A stretch of 64,000 bases of DNA from assembly GCA_002633005.1 (NCBI GenBank), contig NMRA01000226.1:3728-67727 (forward strand). Reading direction: 5' to 3'. Below the pieces are notes generated by a model. The model did no database searches and was not told where the DNA came from. It saw only the letters and a list, made by a program, of their open reading frames with translations. The translations under genes and the position numbers were made by a program. The stretch comes from Phoronis australis. Its lineage: Eukaryota > Animalia > Phoronida. Positions 22,920 through 36,300 of this stretch are shown in pieces (the first letter of the stretch is position 1; the number at the start of each line of letters is the position of its first letter).

Positions 22920-25120
22920 ACTGATTACATGTTCTAACACTCCATGTCACTTTCATTGCTTTCCGTGAAACTTTCATACAATTCTCCACATTCCTCTTCT
23001 GTTTCTACTTCACAAACATTGGTTAGCAAGAAATCAATCCCTAAGTTTGGTAAGATAGGACCACACGATCACACATCTTGTAAAACTCTTTCCTCAGTAT
23101 GCATCTACCCTTGTCCTTCGTCTTGACTGCTAATTGTGGGTTCGCAAGCACGCTGGTACAAGGTGATACGTTGGATGTGAGGTTTCAGTGCAGACTGGCA
23201 CGGGGGAAGTCGAGCAAGGTCAATCTTGGACTTGTGAGAATTTCATCTTCACCAATCATTTACGTAACATCTTGGCACGAGTAGCATCTTTCGATGACTC
23301 ACGACTCTGACCGTACAAGAGGCAGTTGAACTCAGTCTTCCAACTTACACCCCAATCAACGTCAGGTTGCCTGAATGCACGGTGAAATTTTGGATTCTTT
23401 TCTAGCTTTTTAAAGGGGGGTCAACCTTTCCTTTACGTTTAAACGCACTGGTGCAATCTTCTCCAGTGTATACATAAAATTCAAGTAGAGCTTCACAGTA
23501 GGTCTTTTCCCAAGGATTTTGCCATGTTGGAGAGATTCAGTAGTCGCCGATGATTTCCAGACTCTGTATCTAGACATACAGTTGACTTTATAGCGTACAG
23601 TGCACCAGCAGAATGACAAAGACACCAGTGTTAGGGATTCTGGACAACGTCGTTTCTGTACCCAAGTGAGGCAGCGTACTTGAGGTACAAAACAATTCTT
23701 AAGTCAGTCTCTTATTGGTTACTGTAGATATGTGGGATCTCCTGAGTATGAACATCAAATCACTTTTATTAATACATTATGACATCGCAAATTAATTAAA
23801 TGAGAAATATTCAGAAAGTTTTGTTCACAAAAAAAGATTATGGATGCCCGTCTACAATCAGAATGGCCATCTCGGTTTTCTCCAACCTGGAAACTGCCTT
23901 CTCACCACGCCAGACCTGCAGTAACAGTTGACAGAGTTGCTTTTTGTTGTCATCGTTTGCAAGAAAGATTTTGAAGTCAAACGGCTTTTGTGTAGCTCGT
24001 CCACACAAAATTGTTTTCTCTGAACTGCAAAATTACCACATGTTGGAGGGAGATTAGCTAACGCTTGGAGAAGTGCAAAACCATCTTGGATGAACAGAAC
24101 ATCCTGAGGATAATGAAAGTCTTCTAGCGAAATGTCGTTCAGAAGATAATGCAAAATGGAGGCTTTGTTGATTTTGGAAAAAATACCTGGTGTGCCAAGA
24201 CTAGAGAGCACAGGTGTCAGGCAATACTCCATGAGTTCTGGCATGTTCAAATTTGGTCACCCAGTGTCTGGGATTTAACGGATTGTTCTAAAACCCCCTC
24301 AACCCCCACGACCCCCTCGACCCGCAACCCCTACGACCTGCGGCAATAGATGCATCAACGCTTTTTACATATTTCATAATCATTTTACGTCTCTGAGTGA
24401 CTTTCCCATAAGACTTACCTATGCAAGAATCAGATCTAGCTCTAGTCTGGTGGTTAAAACAGAAAGTGGCGTAAGAGCATGATCTGATATAGCCGATTGT
24501 GAGCGTGCTATTGTTGTCATGGAAATAGTTCCACGAGTGGCTACCAATTGCCTTGTACTACTTAACTTAGGGAGAGAGTACATGAGCGTGAATGCAGATA
24601 ATTTCTCATTTTCACTATTTGTTTTCTGATGTATACTCGTTTACAATATACTATATGAAATGTTGAGATACTTTTTAGTTCACATTTGGTTTTTGTTTTC
24701 AAACTATTTTTACTGAAGAAATTACATATTCGTGGGTTCTTTGCACTCTTCCAAAAAATTGAATCTGCCATACACTGAAGAGCAGACGATACTATTACAC
24801 TCTTCGACGAACGACATTTATAACGTTGGTAGGTCTTTGATTTGATAGCGTTGTTTTTTTCCTCTTTTGACTTTCAAACTTGCCGAATCGACTCTCTTAA
24901 TTGCAAAAAAAACAGAGAAAAGTCAGCCTTGGTCACGGCCAGACTCCATGGTCCTGTTAGACAGCGCTGGTTCTATGTTCAGATCGAATCGAGCTTGTTT
25001 AAACTGGGTCTAGGGAGTTGTGTGCCCTGGGTCGAAGAGGTCGTGGGTCGAGAGGATCGTCAGTAGGGTTTGGGTCGAGGGGGTTTTAGAACAATCCAGA
25101 TTTAACAAGCAGCGTCAATC
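22920..25120 (-). mobile_element. Decayed Academ-type DNA transposon transposase remnant
   Basis: Minus-strand fragments LLVKSQ, ELMEYCLTPVLSSLGTPG, KINKASILHYL, IQDGFALLQAL, YSNQ*ETDLRIVLYLKYAASLGY and KIDLARLPPCQSALKPHIQR resemble motifs recalled for Academ transposases. Stops and frameshifts present. Confidence 0.75.
24280..25097. mobile_element. Mutator (MULE)-like MITE inserted in the Academ remnant
   Basis: TIR GGATTGTTCTAAAACCCCCTC / GAGGGGGTTTTAGAACAATCC; flanking 9-mers GGATTTAAC and AGATTTAAC; subterminal CCCCTCGACC-like repeats. Confidence 0.85.
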
Positions 25121-25633
25121 TGGGACAGCTCTCAGATTGATACTGGGCAACAAAATGATATGTATTTTTGCTCTTTTCGAGGCACCCATAACGATTCACG
25201 AGTTTAACTTGACCTCAAAAAACGCTGAAATATTTGTTTAATTTGTTTATTATTGCGAGTATTTGGGTACACTCGTTCGACATGTACACGGTCACCCCAA
25301 TGGTAGCCTCGGCAGCAGTGTTTTCCACATGTGGGAATTCCTTACAAACAACTCAGAGTAACCATCTTCAAAAGAGATACTATTCTTGTGATAATATGGG
25401 AAACAGAAACATTATTTTATAACTAACCATCGGAAATAGTCCTTTTGGGTAATTAACAAACAGCGGTCTTTAAAATTCCTGACTCACATTCGACGGCGGT
25501 CAATCGTATTGTATTTTTTCACATTTTTGGTTGTTTGGGTCTAATGTTTTGTTACTGCTGTGTTGGGCATGCATGTTATGTGTTTTTTTTTGTTGGCGAA
25601 TTTCGAATCACAACTTCCCTCGTCAATACTTGG

Positions 25634-26546
25634 CAGTGTCGGATTTACGTGTATAGAGGGACAAAGGGACTTTTCTCCGAACTGCTCCACCGAGAGAGGG
25701 TCCCGTCTGAAATGGGACACCTTAATTATGAAAAGCTAAACATCATTAAGCTTGGAAAAAAGTGACAGTTCAATCCACCGTCGTGCGGTCAGACGACGGT
25801 GCAGGAAGTGACCTTCTTCAACATGAAAGTTGATTGCACGATTTCACAAAAAACAGGAAAATGGACGTAACCGAGTCAAACATTGGGTCCTCTATCCGTG
25901 AGCGTACCCTTAAGAATTTGCCAGTAGAAACATAAAAACTATTGCCAGTTGAGTGTCATCAATGGCCTCCTTCAAACGTGGGGCCCCCCTATGTGAAAAT
26001 GGCTATATTTTCAAAAATCAAGAAATGTGCAGCAATTGATGATATTTGTCAGGTCATCAAATTTTCTTAAGTGATATACAATTCGAGAAAAAAGCGACAG
26101 TTGTCTAAGTTATCCCTTGCCAGAGAGGGGCCTCTGGAAAAATATGGTTTTGCAGTCGCAAAATTGACTTACTGAATTTAAAAATCCAATAAATTAATAC
26201 AATCCGCAAAAGCTTAGATCTACAAATTTTTGTCGATTTTTCAAAATAACGTGCACGTTTCCAAGTGCATTTAGACGATCTGTGTTGCGAAAGCGTAGAC
26301 CCTAAAGACAATGTCCTGGGCAGGGTCCTCAAAAGGTAAACCATGCACTGATACAGAGTTGTTTTAACAACTCTGTATCAGTACATTTAAAAATGTTCTT
26401 TTGAGTTTTCTCTCTTATCCGCATTTAGCAGTCTTTGTTTCCTCGACTCTCCCCGCCCCACGCGTATGTCGGTTGCCATGGTTTAACCCTGACGCCTGAA
26501 AATTTTTTTTGGGGGCCCGTGCCCCCCCCCCCTTCTTACGGCCCTG
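25634..26546 (+). mobile_element. Non-autonomous TIR element (CAG...CTG ends); related copy at 59534-60152
   Basis: Shared blocks GTGTATAGAG and TTATCCCTTGCCAgAGAGGG...TGAATTTAAAAATCCA; both copies end CCCCTTCyTACGsCCCTG. Confidence 0.65.
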
Positions 26547-26849
26547 TATAGGGCTGGATATTCTTGAGAAGCCAGGTTGATTACAACAGGAAGTAACAAT
26601 GCAAGAAAGCAGGAGTGGAAGCCCAGACTTACCACGGGTACGCAGCCATTCCACACAGCTCAAAAACTCTTATCACACACAAAACACTCTTACCATGGAA
26701 CAAAAATTCCAATCACAGATACACGGGCTCTGTTACTACGGATGAATAAACTGAACAATGTTAACTTTAAGATGCCCTTGTACTGTCACTTGGAAATTTT
26801 CCGTGGTGAGAGTCTCTCTGTGTAGGTGAGAGTTCTGGTTCCGCAGTCG

Positions 26850-27016
26850 TATAGGCGGATCCAGGGGGCGGGGTCACGAGGGTTCGGACACCCCCTTCTC
26901 CCTTCATTTTGGCAATATCAAATCTAGAATTTACAAATTGTTTACTTGGACCCACCTTTTTCAAAAAATCCTTGATCCGACACACCCCTTTTAAAATGAT
27001 CCTGGATTCGCCCCTG
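26850..27016. mobile_element. Short hAT-like MITE
   Basis: GGCGGATCCAGG...CCTGGATTCGCCCCTG inverted ends. Confidence 0.55.
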
Positions 27017-27221
27017 GCAGTGAACGTGTTGTGAGCGTGATAAAAGTTTTTGCGCTGTGTGGTAGAAAGGGCCCGTGCGCTCGTGAAATGAGTGAACCTT
27101 GCCCCTCGGTAAGGCTCTGCAAATCGGCTTTAACTATACGCACATCCTTGGCTAGCGCGCCCTTTTGGCGGAACCTCTAATCTTTGTAAATAGAATACTC
27201 CCGCCACAGATTTATTAAGTT

Positions 27222-27395
27222 ATTGTGACAATTTGGGCCGCTGTGACAATTTCATTTGCCTGTACAGGCCCAAATCATCACACACAAAAGTTGTGACACT
27301 TTTGGCAAATTGTCACAATTTGGGCCTGCAGTCCTGACTCAAATTGTCACAATTCTTAAGTTGTGACAATTTGGCAGGTTGGGACAATTTGGGTC
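27222..27395. repeat. Cluster of direct and inverted TGTGACAATTT motifs
   Basis: About seven copies of TGTGACAATTT / AAATTGTCACA within ~170 bp. Confidence 0.6.
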
Positions 27396-30300
27396 CCGTG
27401 CACAGTGGAAAGACTATGACGCCCTAAAACAGGCTGCAGAAATCGTTATGAACACTCTCTATAAAACTTACAATTGAGACACTTCAAATCTCTGCGCCAT
27501 AGCCTAAAATTGGTAGAATCATACTATCAAACAGCTTTAAAAAAACTGACGGTGAAGAGCAATGTAGGCCTAATTTAGACAAACAAGCCTTTATCAAATT
27601 TAATGCCTGTACTGCAAGAACTTGGTTCAGCTTGAGACGACAAGAGAATGTAACACCCATAGACATCATGTATTAAGATGTCTATGGTAACACCCAAGTA
27701 TTTATAATGCGGTTTGGTTTCAATCAATTAATCGTCTGAGTACCATTTCTCGTGTGAACAGACGACACCACCAGGCTTGATAGCATTGACATTAGTTTTT
27801 CTAGATTCACTGATATGTCAGTTTATACAAAATTCTCCAAGCAAGTTAAGTTTTCGTTGCAGCTCAATTACAGTGTCTCCAAACAACACGAGATCATCCC
27901 CAAAAAATAGAAATGAATCTCACAATCAGCATTAACATAAATTCCTCTGCCACCACGCTCTCTTAATTCAGAGACTAAACCACGTAAAGAATAACCATGG
28001 GCTTAGAATGCATCCTTGCCTGACACCGGTTTTGCAACTAAAACATCGAGCAGTGTCAGTGGCGGATCTAGGTTTTCAGTAAGGGGGGGTTAGGATTCCC
28101 GCAAAGGTCGAATCCGAGGCGCCGAGCGGGGAGTGGGGGAGGTCGGGGGGAGGTCGGGGGGAGGGTAAACTCCCCTCCTGTGTAAGACAACTTTTTGTTT
28201 TTGTAGCCAAACAGTGAAATTTCCATGCATCCTGGTACGTTTCTGGCACTTAACATGTTCCTGGAGTTTTTCTTAAGATAAGTGAAAACCCTTCTCGATT
28301 TCGTCACATGAACTGTGCTCATAAGTTTCTTGAAACCATATTTGTGCACATCTGGGTATGAGTCACACCACCAGCAAAAATTTTTGTTGGAGCATCTGCT
28401 TACACACACCTTTTTAGCATACGAAAAAGTGTATACAGGGGTTTAGACAACTACCAAATATTTAAGAGCATAAGGAGCACCGACGGGGCATAAAAACTTG
28501 AATATCAGATGATCGCAAAAGCCTCAAGCTGTTTAAGAATGAAGACCTGTACTGTTAGTTCGATAATAAACATGTGTTCTGTCTCGTTACGAGAAAAACT
28601 GGCGAACGATGGGGCTCTCAGCTCATAGTCTATTATTAAAAGCGACAATAAACAATAAAGTATCACTTTGTTAATCTGAATCACGTTGACTACAATTGAA
28701 AAACGTCAAATGTATCAGGAAACAAATCATCTGAAAACAGTTTCACGAAACCGAAACACTATGTAAGCCTACACCGTGGTGAAAAGATATATAGGAGCAG
28801 TTCGCATAGGGACCAGATGTACACTGAGAGTACACAAAAACTCTGGCCTGGTCCGTCACGAGACCAAAAGTACAGCTGTGCTTATTATCCCTATAAAAAT
28901 ATTCGATCTGTCGCGGGACCAAACGGTACTGGCTGAGATAAATAGTTTTACAAAGCACACTTTAATAAAAAAACATCACAAGACTAGTTTGCCGAGGGAC
29001 CAGAAGTACACTGAAACTCGATATCTACACAAATCAAGCTGGCCTGGTCCGTTGCGAGACCTAAAGCGTACTTTGCAAAAAAATTGAATTGAAAACTTCT
29101 CTCCAGACACTTTTTAATGCCCAGTGGTTGCTCATACGTGTATTTTATACATCTGGTCGTCAACTGCTGCGAGAGGTTGTCTAGGAAGGGTTTTCACACT
29201 GCTCTGTAGTACTCAGTGAAAGAAATAAGTATTGAGTACAGATTTAACTACGCACTACATGAAATAAGATTTTGGATATGAAGCAGATAGACTCAAGTGG
29301 AAATACAAACCAGAATCAGTTTCTGTGCGCTCGTAGACCCTCTGCTGTACTGGGTAAATTTGGCATGTCCAAAAATAATTTCTATTTCGTTTTCATTATA
29401 AACAAGCATAAAAAACCGACATTATTACAAACTGTGTATAATTATAACTTATTACCTGGGTATTTCTCCAGGAACGTTGGTCCTATCTTTCTGTTGTTTA
29501 GACTGCCGAGGAATCTGTTCATCGGATCCAATGGTTTGCTGCTCTTGGAACCATTCTACCCAGACATCTTCGACGTTTGTTCCCAACGCTTGCACTTCGT
29601 CAACTGCTGTGTCAAAGAGCCTGTACGCCTCTACAATGTCAGCATCTCGTTTCGCAGCTCAAATGGCACTAAGCCCCCTGAGGTTACCAAGTCCATTCAA
29701 AAGACCTACAGCATGCACAACTAAATTTCATCCGTTCATCATGGACTACTTCAAACCTTGGCGATGTACCCCAGGACCCATTTGCATCTCTTGCAATTTT
29801 CGAAATAAACGTCCCTGCCAGTGTCTGAACGCTTGAAACCCGAAGTACTAACATCAAATATATGCCCATGGGCATGGGCGTTTCGTCGGGTGGGCCTGTC
29901 TGCGGAAATTCCCAGTATAGAAAACGGCAGTGGTACTTATTGCAGGTAGAAAGACGGTAGGTGTTGAGGTCGGCACTAGGGCTCATTAGGAGGCCCATTG
30001 AACATCGCAATTTCTGGTACTGTACACTGCTCGCGAATGCGGTCACTTTGTCAATGTGAGTGCCCCCTTGGTCATTCCTTTTATAGGGATAACTTGTTAG
30101 AGTGCATCTTCAAACAGACTCGCGACCAGACCACGGCGCCCGTCACAATAGCAATTCTTCGCAAAACAATTTTTTTTCAAAAGTATTACATGTACATGTA
30201 CACTGTATGATATTGTGCAAGACAACTTTACCATACACCAGTCAAATTCGAGTTACAAACGTGCGGGGTGTTATAGGATGACACGGCATGACAGATGAGG

Positions 30301-30596
30301 TGAAAACGTTGCACGTCAATTCGCCTGAATATCAGGGTTGTAGCACCACAGTATTTCCCCTAATCAAATCAAAACATATCTTAGAGTAAAGAAACTAGTT
30401 ACCTAAAGAAATCAACTATAGAGCTGCTCTTTCAGCGGCGGATCCGTCTAAAATGCTTGGCTACTTCAGAAGTGTCAACGGAAGCGCGCGCACAATTGAT
30501 CGCCGGGGTTTTGCCGATGAGCCACGAAGACTCGAAATGCGTTGATTTTCATAACAGCAATTCGCAATGCAAAAAATATATTTTCAGAGTGAACCC

Positions 30597-31428
30597 NNNN
30601 NNNNNNNNNNNNNNNNNNNNNNNNNNNNNNNNNNNNNNNNNNNNNNNNNNNNNNNNNNNNNNNNNNNNNNNNNNNNNNNNNNNNNNNNNNNNNNNNNNNN
30701 NNNNNNNNNNNNNNNNNNNNNNNNNNNNNNNNNNNNNNNNNNNNNNNNNNNNNNNNNNNNNNNNNNNNNNNNNNNNNNNNNNNNNNNNNNNNNNNNNNNN
30801 NNNNNNNNNNNNNNNNNNNNNNNNNNNNNNNNNNNNNNNNNNNNNNNNNNNNNNNNNNNNNNNNNNNNNNNNNNNNNNNNNNNNNNNNNNNNNNNNNNNN
30901 NNNNNNNNNNNNNNNNNNNNNNNNNNNNNNNNNNNNNNNNNNNNNNNNNNNNNNNNNNNNNNNNNNNNNNNNNNNNNNNNNNNNNNNNNNNNNNNNNNNN
31001 NNNNNNNNNNNNNNNNNNNNNNNNNNNNNNNNNNNNNNNNNNNNNNNNNNNNNNNNNNNNNNNNNNNNNNNNNNNNNNNNNNNNNNNNNNNNNNNNNNNN
31101 NNNNNNNNNNNNNNNNNNNNNNNNNNNNNNNNNNNNNNNNNNNNNNNNNNNNNNNNNNNNNNNNNNNNNNNNNNNNNNNNNNNNNNNNNNNNNNNNNNNN
31201 NNNNNNNNNNNNNNNNNNNNNNNNNNNNNNNNNNNNNNNNNNNNNNNNNNNNNNNNNNNNNNNNNNNNNNNNNNNNNNNNNNNNNNNNNNNNNNNNNNNN
31301 NNNNNNNNNNNNNNNNNNNNNNNNNNNNNNNNNNNNNNNNNNNNNNNNNNNNNNNNNNNNNNNNNNNNNNNNNNNNNNNNNNNNNNNNNNNNNNNNNNNN
31401 NNNNNNNNNNNNNNNNNNNNNNNNNNNN
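30597..31428. other. Assembly gap (832 N)
   Basis: Run of N. Confidence 1.
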
Positions 31429-33357
31429 TAATAAACATGTGTTCTGTCTCGTTACGAGAAAAACTGGCGAACGATGGTGCTCTCAGCTCATAGTCTATTA
31501 TTAAAAGCGACAATAAACAATAAAGTATCACTTTGTTAATTTGAATCACGTTGACTACAATTGAAAAACGTCAAATGTATCAGGAAACAAATCATCTGAA
31601 AACAGTTTCACGAAACCAAAACACTCTGTAAGCCTACGCCGTGGTGAAAAGATATACAGGAGCAGTTCGCATAGGCCGGACCAGATGTACACTGAGAGTA
31701 CACAAAAACTCTGGCCTGGTCCGTCACGAGACCAAAAGTACAGCTCTGCTTATTATCCCTATAAAAATATTCGATCTGTCGCGGGACCAAACGGTACTGG
31801 CTGGGATAAATATTTTAACAAAGCCCACTTTAATAAAAAAAACATCACAAGTCTAGTTCGCCGAGGGACCAGAAGTACACTGAAACTCGATATCTACACA
31901 AATCAAGCTGGCCTGGTCCGTTGCGAGACCTAAAGGTACTTTGCAAAAAAAAATTTGAATTGAAAACTTCTCTCCAGACACTTTTTAATGCCCAGTGGTT
32001 GCTCATACGTGTATTTTATACATCTGGTCGTCAAATGCTGCGAGAGGTTGTCTAGGAAGGGTTTTCACACTGTTCTGTAGTACTCAGTGGAAGAAATAAG
32101 TATTGAGTACAGATTTAACTAGTCGCACTACGTGAAATAAGATTTTGGATATGAAGCAGATAGACTCAAGTGGAAATACAAACCAGAATCAGTTTCTGTG
32201 CGCTCGTAGACCCTCTGCTGTACTGGGTAAATTTGGCATGTCCAAAAATAATTTCTATTTCGTTTTCATTGTAAACAAGCATAAAAAACGACATTATTAC
32301 AAACTGTGTATAATTATAACTTATTACCTGGGTATTTCTCCAGGAACGTTGGTCCTATCTTTCTGTTGTCAAGACTGCCGAGGAATCTGTACATCCGATC
32401 CAATGGTTTGCTGCTCTTGGAACCATTCTACCCAGACATCTTCGACGTTTGTTCCCCACGCTTGCACTTCGTCAACTGCTGTGTCAATGAGCCTGTACGC
32501 CTCTACAATGTCAGCATCTCGTTTCGCAGCTCAAATGGCACTAAGCCCCCTGAGGTTACCAAGTCCATTCAAAAGACCTACAGCATGCACAACTAAGTTT
32601 CATCCGTTCATCATGGACTACTTCAAACCTTGACGATGTATCCCAGGACCCATTTGCATCTCTTGCAATTTTCGAAATAAACGTCCCTGCCAGTGTCTGA
32701 ACGATTGAAACCCGAAGTGCTAACATCAAATAAATGCCCATGGGCATGGGCGTTTCGTCGGGTGGGCCTGTCTGCGGAAATTCCCAGTATAGAAAACGGC
32801 AGTGGTGCTTATTGCAGGTAGAAAGACGGTAGGTGTTGAGGTCGGCACTAGGGCTCATTAGGAGGCCCATTGAACATCGCAATTTCTGGTACTGTACACT
32901 GCTCGCGAATGCGGTCACTTTGTCAATGTGAGTGCCCCCTTGGTCATTCCTTTTATAGGGATAACTTGTTAGAGTGCATCTTCAAACAGACAAACAGTCA
33001 AATTCGAGTTACAAACGTGCGGGGTGTTATAGGATGACACGGCATGACAGATGAGGTGAAAACGTTGCACGTCAATTCGCCTGAATATCAGGGTTGTGGC
33101 ACCACTCCACAGTATTTCCCCTAATCAAATCAAAACATATCTCAGAGTAAAGAAACTAGTTACCTAAAGAAATCAGCTATAGAGTTGCTCTTTCAGCGGC
33201 GGATCCATCTAAAATGCTTGGCCACGTCAGAAGTGTCAACGGAAACGCACGCACAATTGATCGCCGGGGTTTTGCCGATGAGCCACGAAGACTCGAAATG
33301 CGTTGATTTTCATAACAGCAATTCACAATGCAAAAAATATATTTTCAGAGTGAACCC
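31429..33357 (+). repeat. Near-identical direct copy of 28564-30596 (probable second haplotype)
   Basis: Collinear with SNPs and a ~120-bp deletion; both copies end or begin exactly at the gap. Confidence 0.9.
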
Positions 33358-36300
33358 ACCCCCCTCATTTTTTCCAAGTTGCTTTACATGGGGGTTTACA
33401 CACGCTTGCGGTGCCGTTTTTGTTTTGCTGGAGACGTTTTTGTTTTGTTTTTTTTTTAATTTTTGGGTCCTGGCCCAAGGGGGGTTTAAACCCCCTGAAC
33501 CCCCCCCGTAGATCCGCCACTGAGTGTGACTGCGAATTTCAACATAAGCCTCAACACCTTGGTAAATGTTGCCCAATATCTTGTCATTTTACATATATCG
33601 TAACCTTCGCAAGTATCGCATAAAAAGACGGGAAACCTCGATGCTATCAAATGACTGGTTTGAAATCGTAAAGATTTTTAATGGACCTGAAATTCAAGAA
33701 AATAAATAAAATTCATTAACAAATGGCGTTCATAAACGTTTCAAATTATAGGCTTACGTACATGAGAACATTGTTCTTATAATCGTACATCTCGGCGTCA
33801 AAGTCTTATATTTTCTTACTTAGCTGTTTCCGAACTCTCCAAGTCTCGTCTTTGAACCAATTTGCAGAATAATTTTATGAAAATGCTTTTTAAACGGGAT
33901 CCGCGCAACACGAAAATAAACAGTAGAATAACGCGAAACACAGACAAATGAATTGCGCGAAATGATAAAAGCTTTGAGCACCAATGACCATGCGCATATC
34001 TCACCACTGAAAACTTAAATCATTCATTGCGGTGAATCATATACTCACGTTTTACTGCCACTATTTTTTCTACTCACCCAGTATCAACCTGTAACAGAGA
34101 CCAGGCCACGGGAACTTAGCCATTCCATATTTAGCGCATATTCTTGTCACTCGCTGGTTCCCTGCGTGCCGCTAGGTGGGGCGGTAGCCTCGCCATCACG
34201 CAGGTATCACTTAATTTTCCTCGGTAATTTTTTTACACCGGCGTTTCTGATTGGCTGTCGAATTCTCAACAGGCAGCGCATTACGCAAACAAACTGGCAT
34301 GACTTATGAACTGACGGTAAATATCACGTTGTGCAGACAAATCGGTGCTTAAAATTTATGTTCAGGACTGTGAAGCCTAGAAATTGTGATTGGGCCTTTT
34401 CAGAATGCATTCTACCAGGAAGAGATAACCCCTCGAACCCCCACCCCTTGGCTACGGGCCTGAAGCTCAGTAGTAACTGAAAAGTCGTCCTTCATAGCAC
34501 AGAATACTAATAGATTCGTGGTATTAAGTTCACACGCACAAAGAGATACGAATAACTTCGATTTCGAGTACCTGCAGGTACATGTACATAACTATGAGAC
34601 CCTGCGCCATCATGTGGTTGAGTTGTGAGTTCACCATGATCCGGCATGAGCTTCCTACTAGCCTTGGTACAGCTGTATACTAAGTGGGTAAAAAAGTGAT
34701 AAGATAATATCTGACACAAAATTAGTGTCATTAAGAACTACAGTCTTCCTTGAGTAAAACAAATTATTTAACGGTGTTGGAAAAAATGGTTTCATTGAAC
34801 CCGCTTCTTGAAAACAAGAGCTACATGGAGCTTTGAAATGCACCCACGACTGCAATGCAATTCCAGTAGTGTTTTTAATATCGTAAAAATGTCCATTAAC
34901 GGCACTAAATTCATTGAACCTATCAAAAACAATGCGTTGTCTTCTCTAAGAACACTGTCCGGCAAAATTAAATGAAAAGCCGCAAAGGAACTCTAAAGAT
35001 AGAGGCAGGCGTAACTCACTTTTTTGAGGAAAGCAATAAAATTTCCATTCGGAGGCACAGCAATTGTTGTTGGACTACACACGCCAAAGTGTGACCCTGA
35101 GGGGTTAAGTAAATATCATTACGGCGTTTTCCCTTTGCTCCCAACATGTTCAAGTCTATAGCCCAACAACAAGTTGGGAAGTTTACCCCTGTAGCCAATA
35201 TCTTACACGACTGATTAACTCCATTCCGGCATTTATAGTTGGAGGGCCAGCTCTTTTTTGTTCGATAATTGCTCTAATTTCCAATAAAATCGTATCTACC
35301 CTGACTGGGTTGTGCTGTTAAACATAAAAGTTACGTTATAACATATTTGAACATAAACCAATAGCATTTCTCATTGAAATCTTCGTCAAATGGTGATCAT
35401 GTTTAATTTTTGAATCTCCAAAATCGTCCAACCGCAACCGAAGTTACGACAATCCATTCCTTCCGAATACACCAATTCACTCTAAGTTTGACTGTGTTCT
35501 CACGTGGTCTGTAATAAGCCTGGTAGACAATTGGCCAGCTTGTTGTCGTAACAGACAAAAGACTGTGCTTGGCAGTTAACAAAGAACTTAACTAGATGTT
35601 ATCACACACTAGGAACCCCCATGACGTGTCGGTTAAGTCACTGAACGGGAAAACGCTGTCATGTAAACACAGATGTCAACAAGAGCAACGCGCAGCGTTG
35701 AAATTCGCTCACGATAACACTGCAAAAAGTTTGTTTCAATGAGTATGTTATACTTTAAAACAAAGTTTGTGCACTGAAATTGTAATAATTAATTGATATT
35801 ATGAACACTTGGAATATTGGGGAAAGAAAGTTATCTCCGCCCCCAACCTTTTGGTTGAGAGTCGCCGCCCCCCCCCCCGTTTTTGCTCGTTGTACCTCTT
35901 CTTCAGCATGTCTGTCTTATGTTTATTACTTCCCTCACATCCCTGGACAAAATCCTACATGTTTTGTACCTGCTCACTCTCCAATCACCTATTTTCACCT
36001 GTTTACTTCTGATTACCGAGACCGTGACTCTTGCTTATGATGTATTTCTCGTAAGTGTTATTACCGATCCTGCCCAAGTTTTTTCTTGATATACCGAGTC
36101 TAGATTTTGCCTATGTGTATTTTCCATGGCACTGCTCATATTTTTTTTGTTTTCAATATTTTAAGCAAAGACACTTCACAATTTTGAATTTGACAAACTG
36201 AAATCGTCCGTAGTCAATGCCTCGCGTATTTCGTCGGCGCACACACGCCCACTAGGTGTCGCTACGGTCCGTGACTCTATAACTGCGAAGTGACCACCAG

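Larger units (their letters stand above)
28057..33522 (-). mobile_element. hAT-superfamily element with 14-bp TIRs, 5-bp TSD and a decayed transposase; interior duplicated across the assembly gap
   Basis: TIR CAGTGGCGGATCTA / TAGATCCGCCACTG; AGTGT on both flanks. Minus strand ~29455-29810 gives KRDADIVEAYRLFDTAVDEVQALGTNVEDVWVEWFQE...IPRQSKQQKDRTNVPGEIP, resembling PRKRIR/THAP12-like hAT transposases. Confidence 0.85.
27484..33680 (-). mobile_element. Decayed non-LTR retrotransposon RT fragment split by the hAT insertion (pieces 27484-28056 and 33523-33680)
   Basis: Removing the insertion restores ILGNIYQGVEAYVEIRSHTARCFSCKTGVRQGCILSPWLF; downstream KLFDSMILPILGYGAEI. Confidence 0.85.

Noticed and set aside
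27222-27395. CRISPR-like repeat array
   Set aside because: Repeats are 11 bp, in mixed orientation and irregularly spaced, with no cas genes, in a eukaryotic context.
29272-29836. Plus-strand ORFs of 119-162 aa (also at 32145-32633) as genes
   Set aside because: They are antisense shadows of the decayed hAT transposase and differ in frame between the two copies.
30457-31549. Long ORFs of 308-324 aa
   Set aside because: Artefacts of translating through the N gap.
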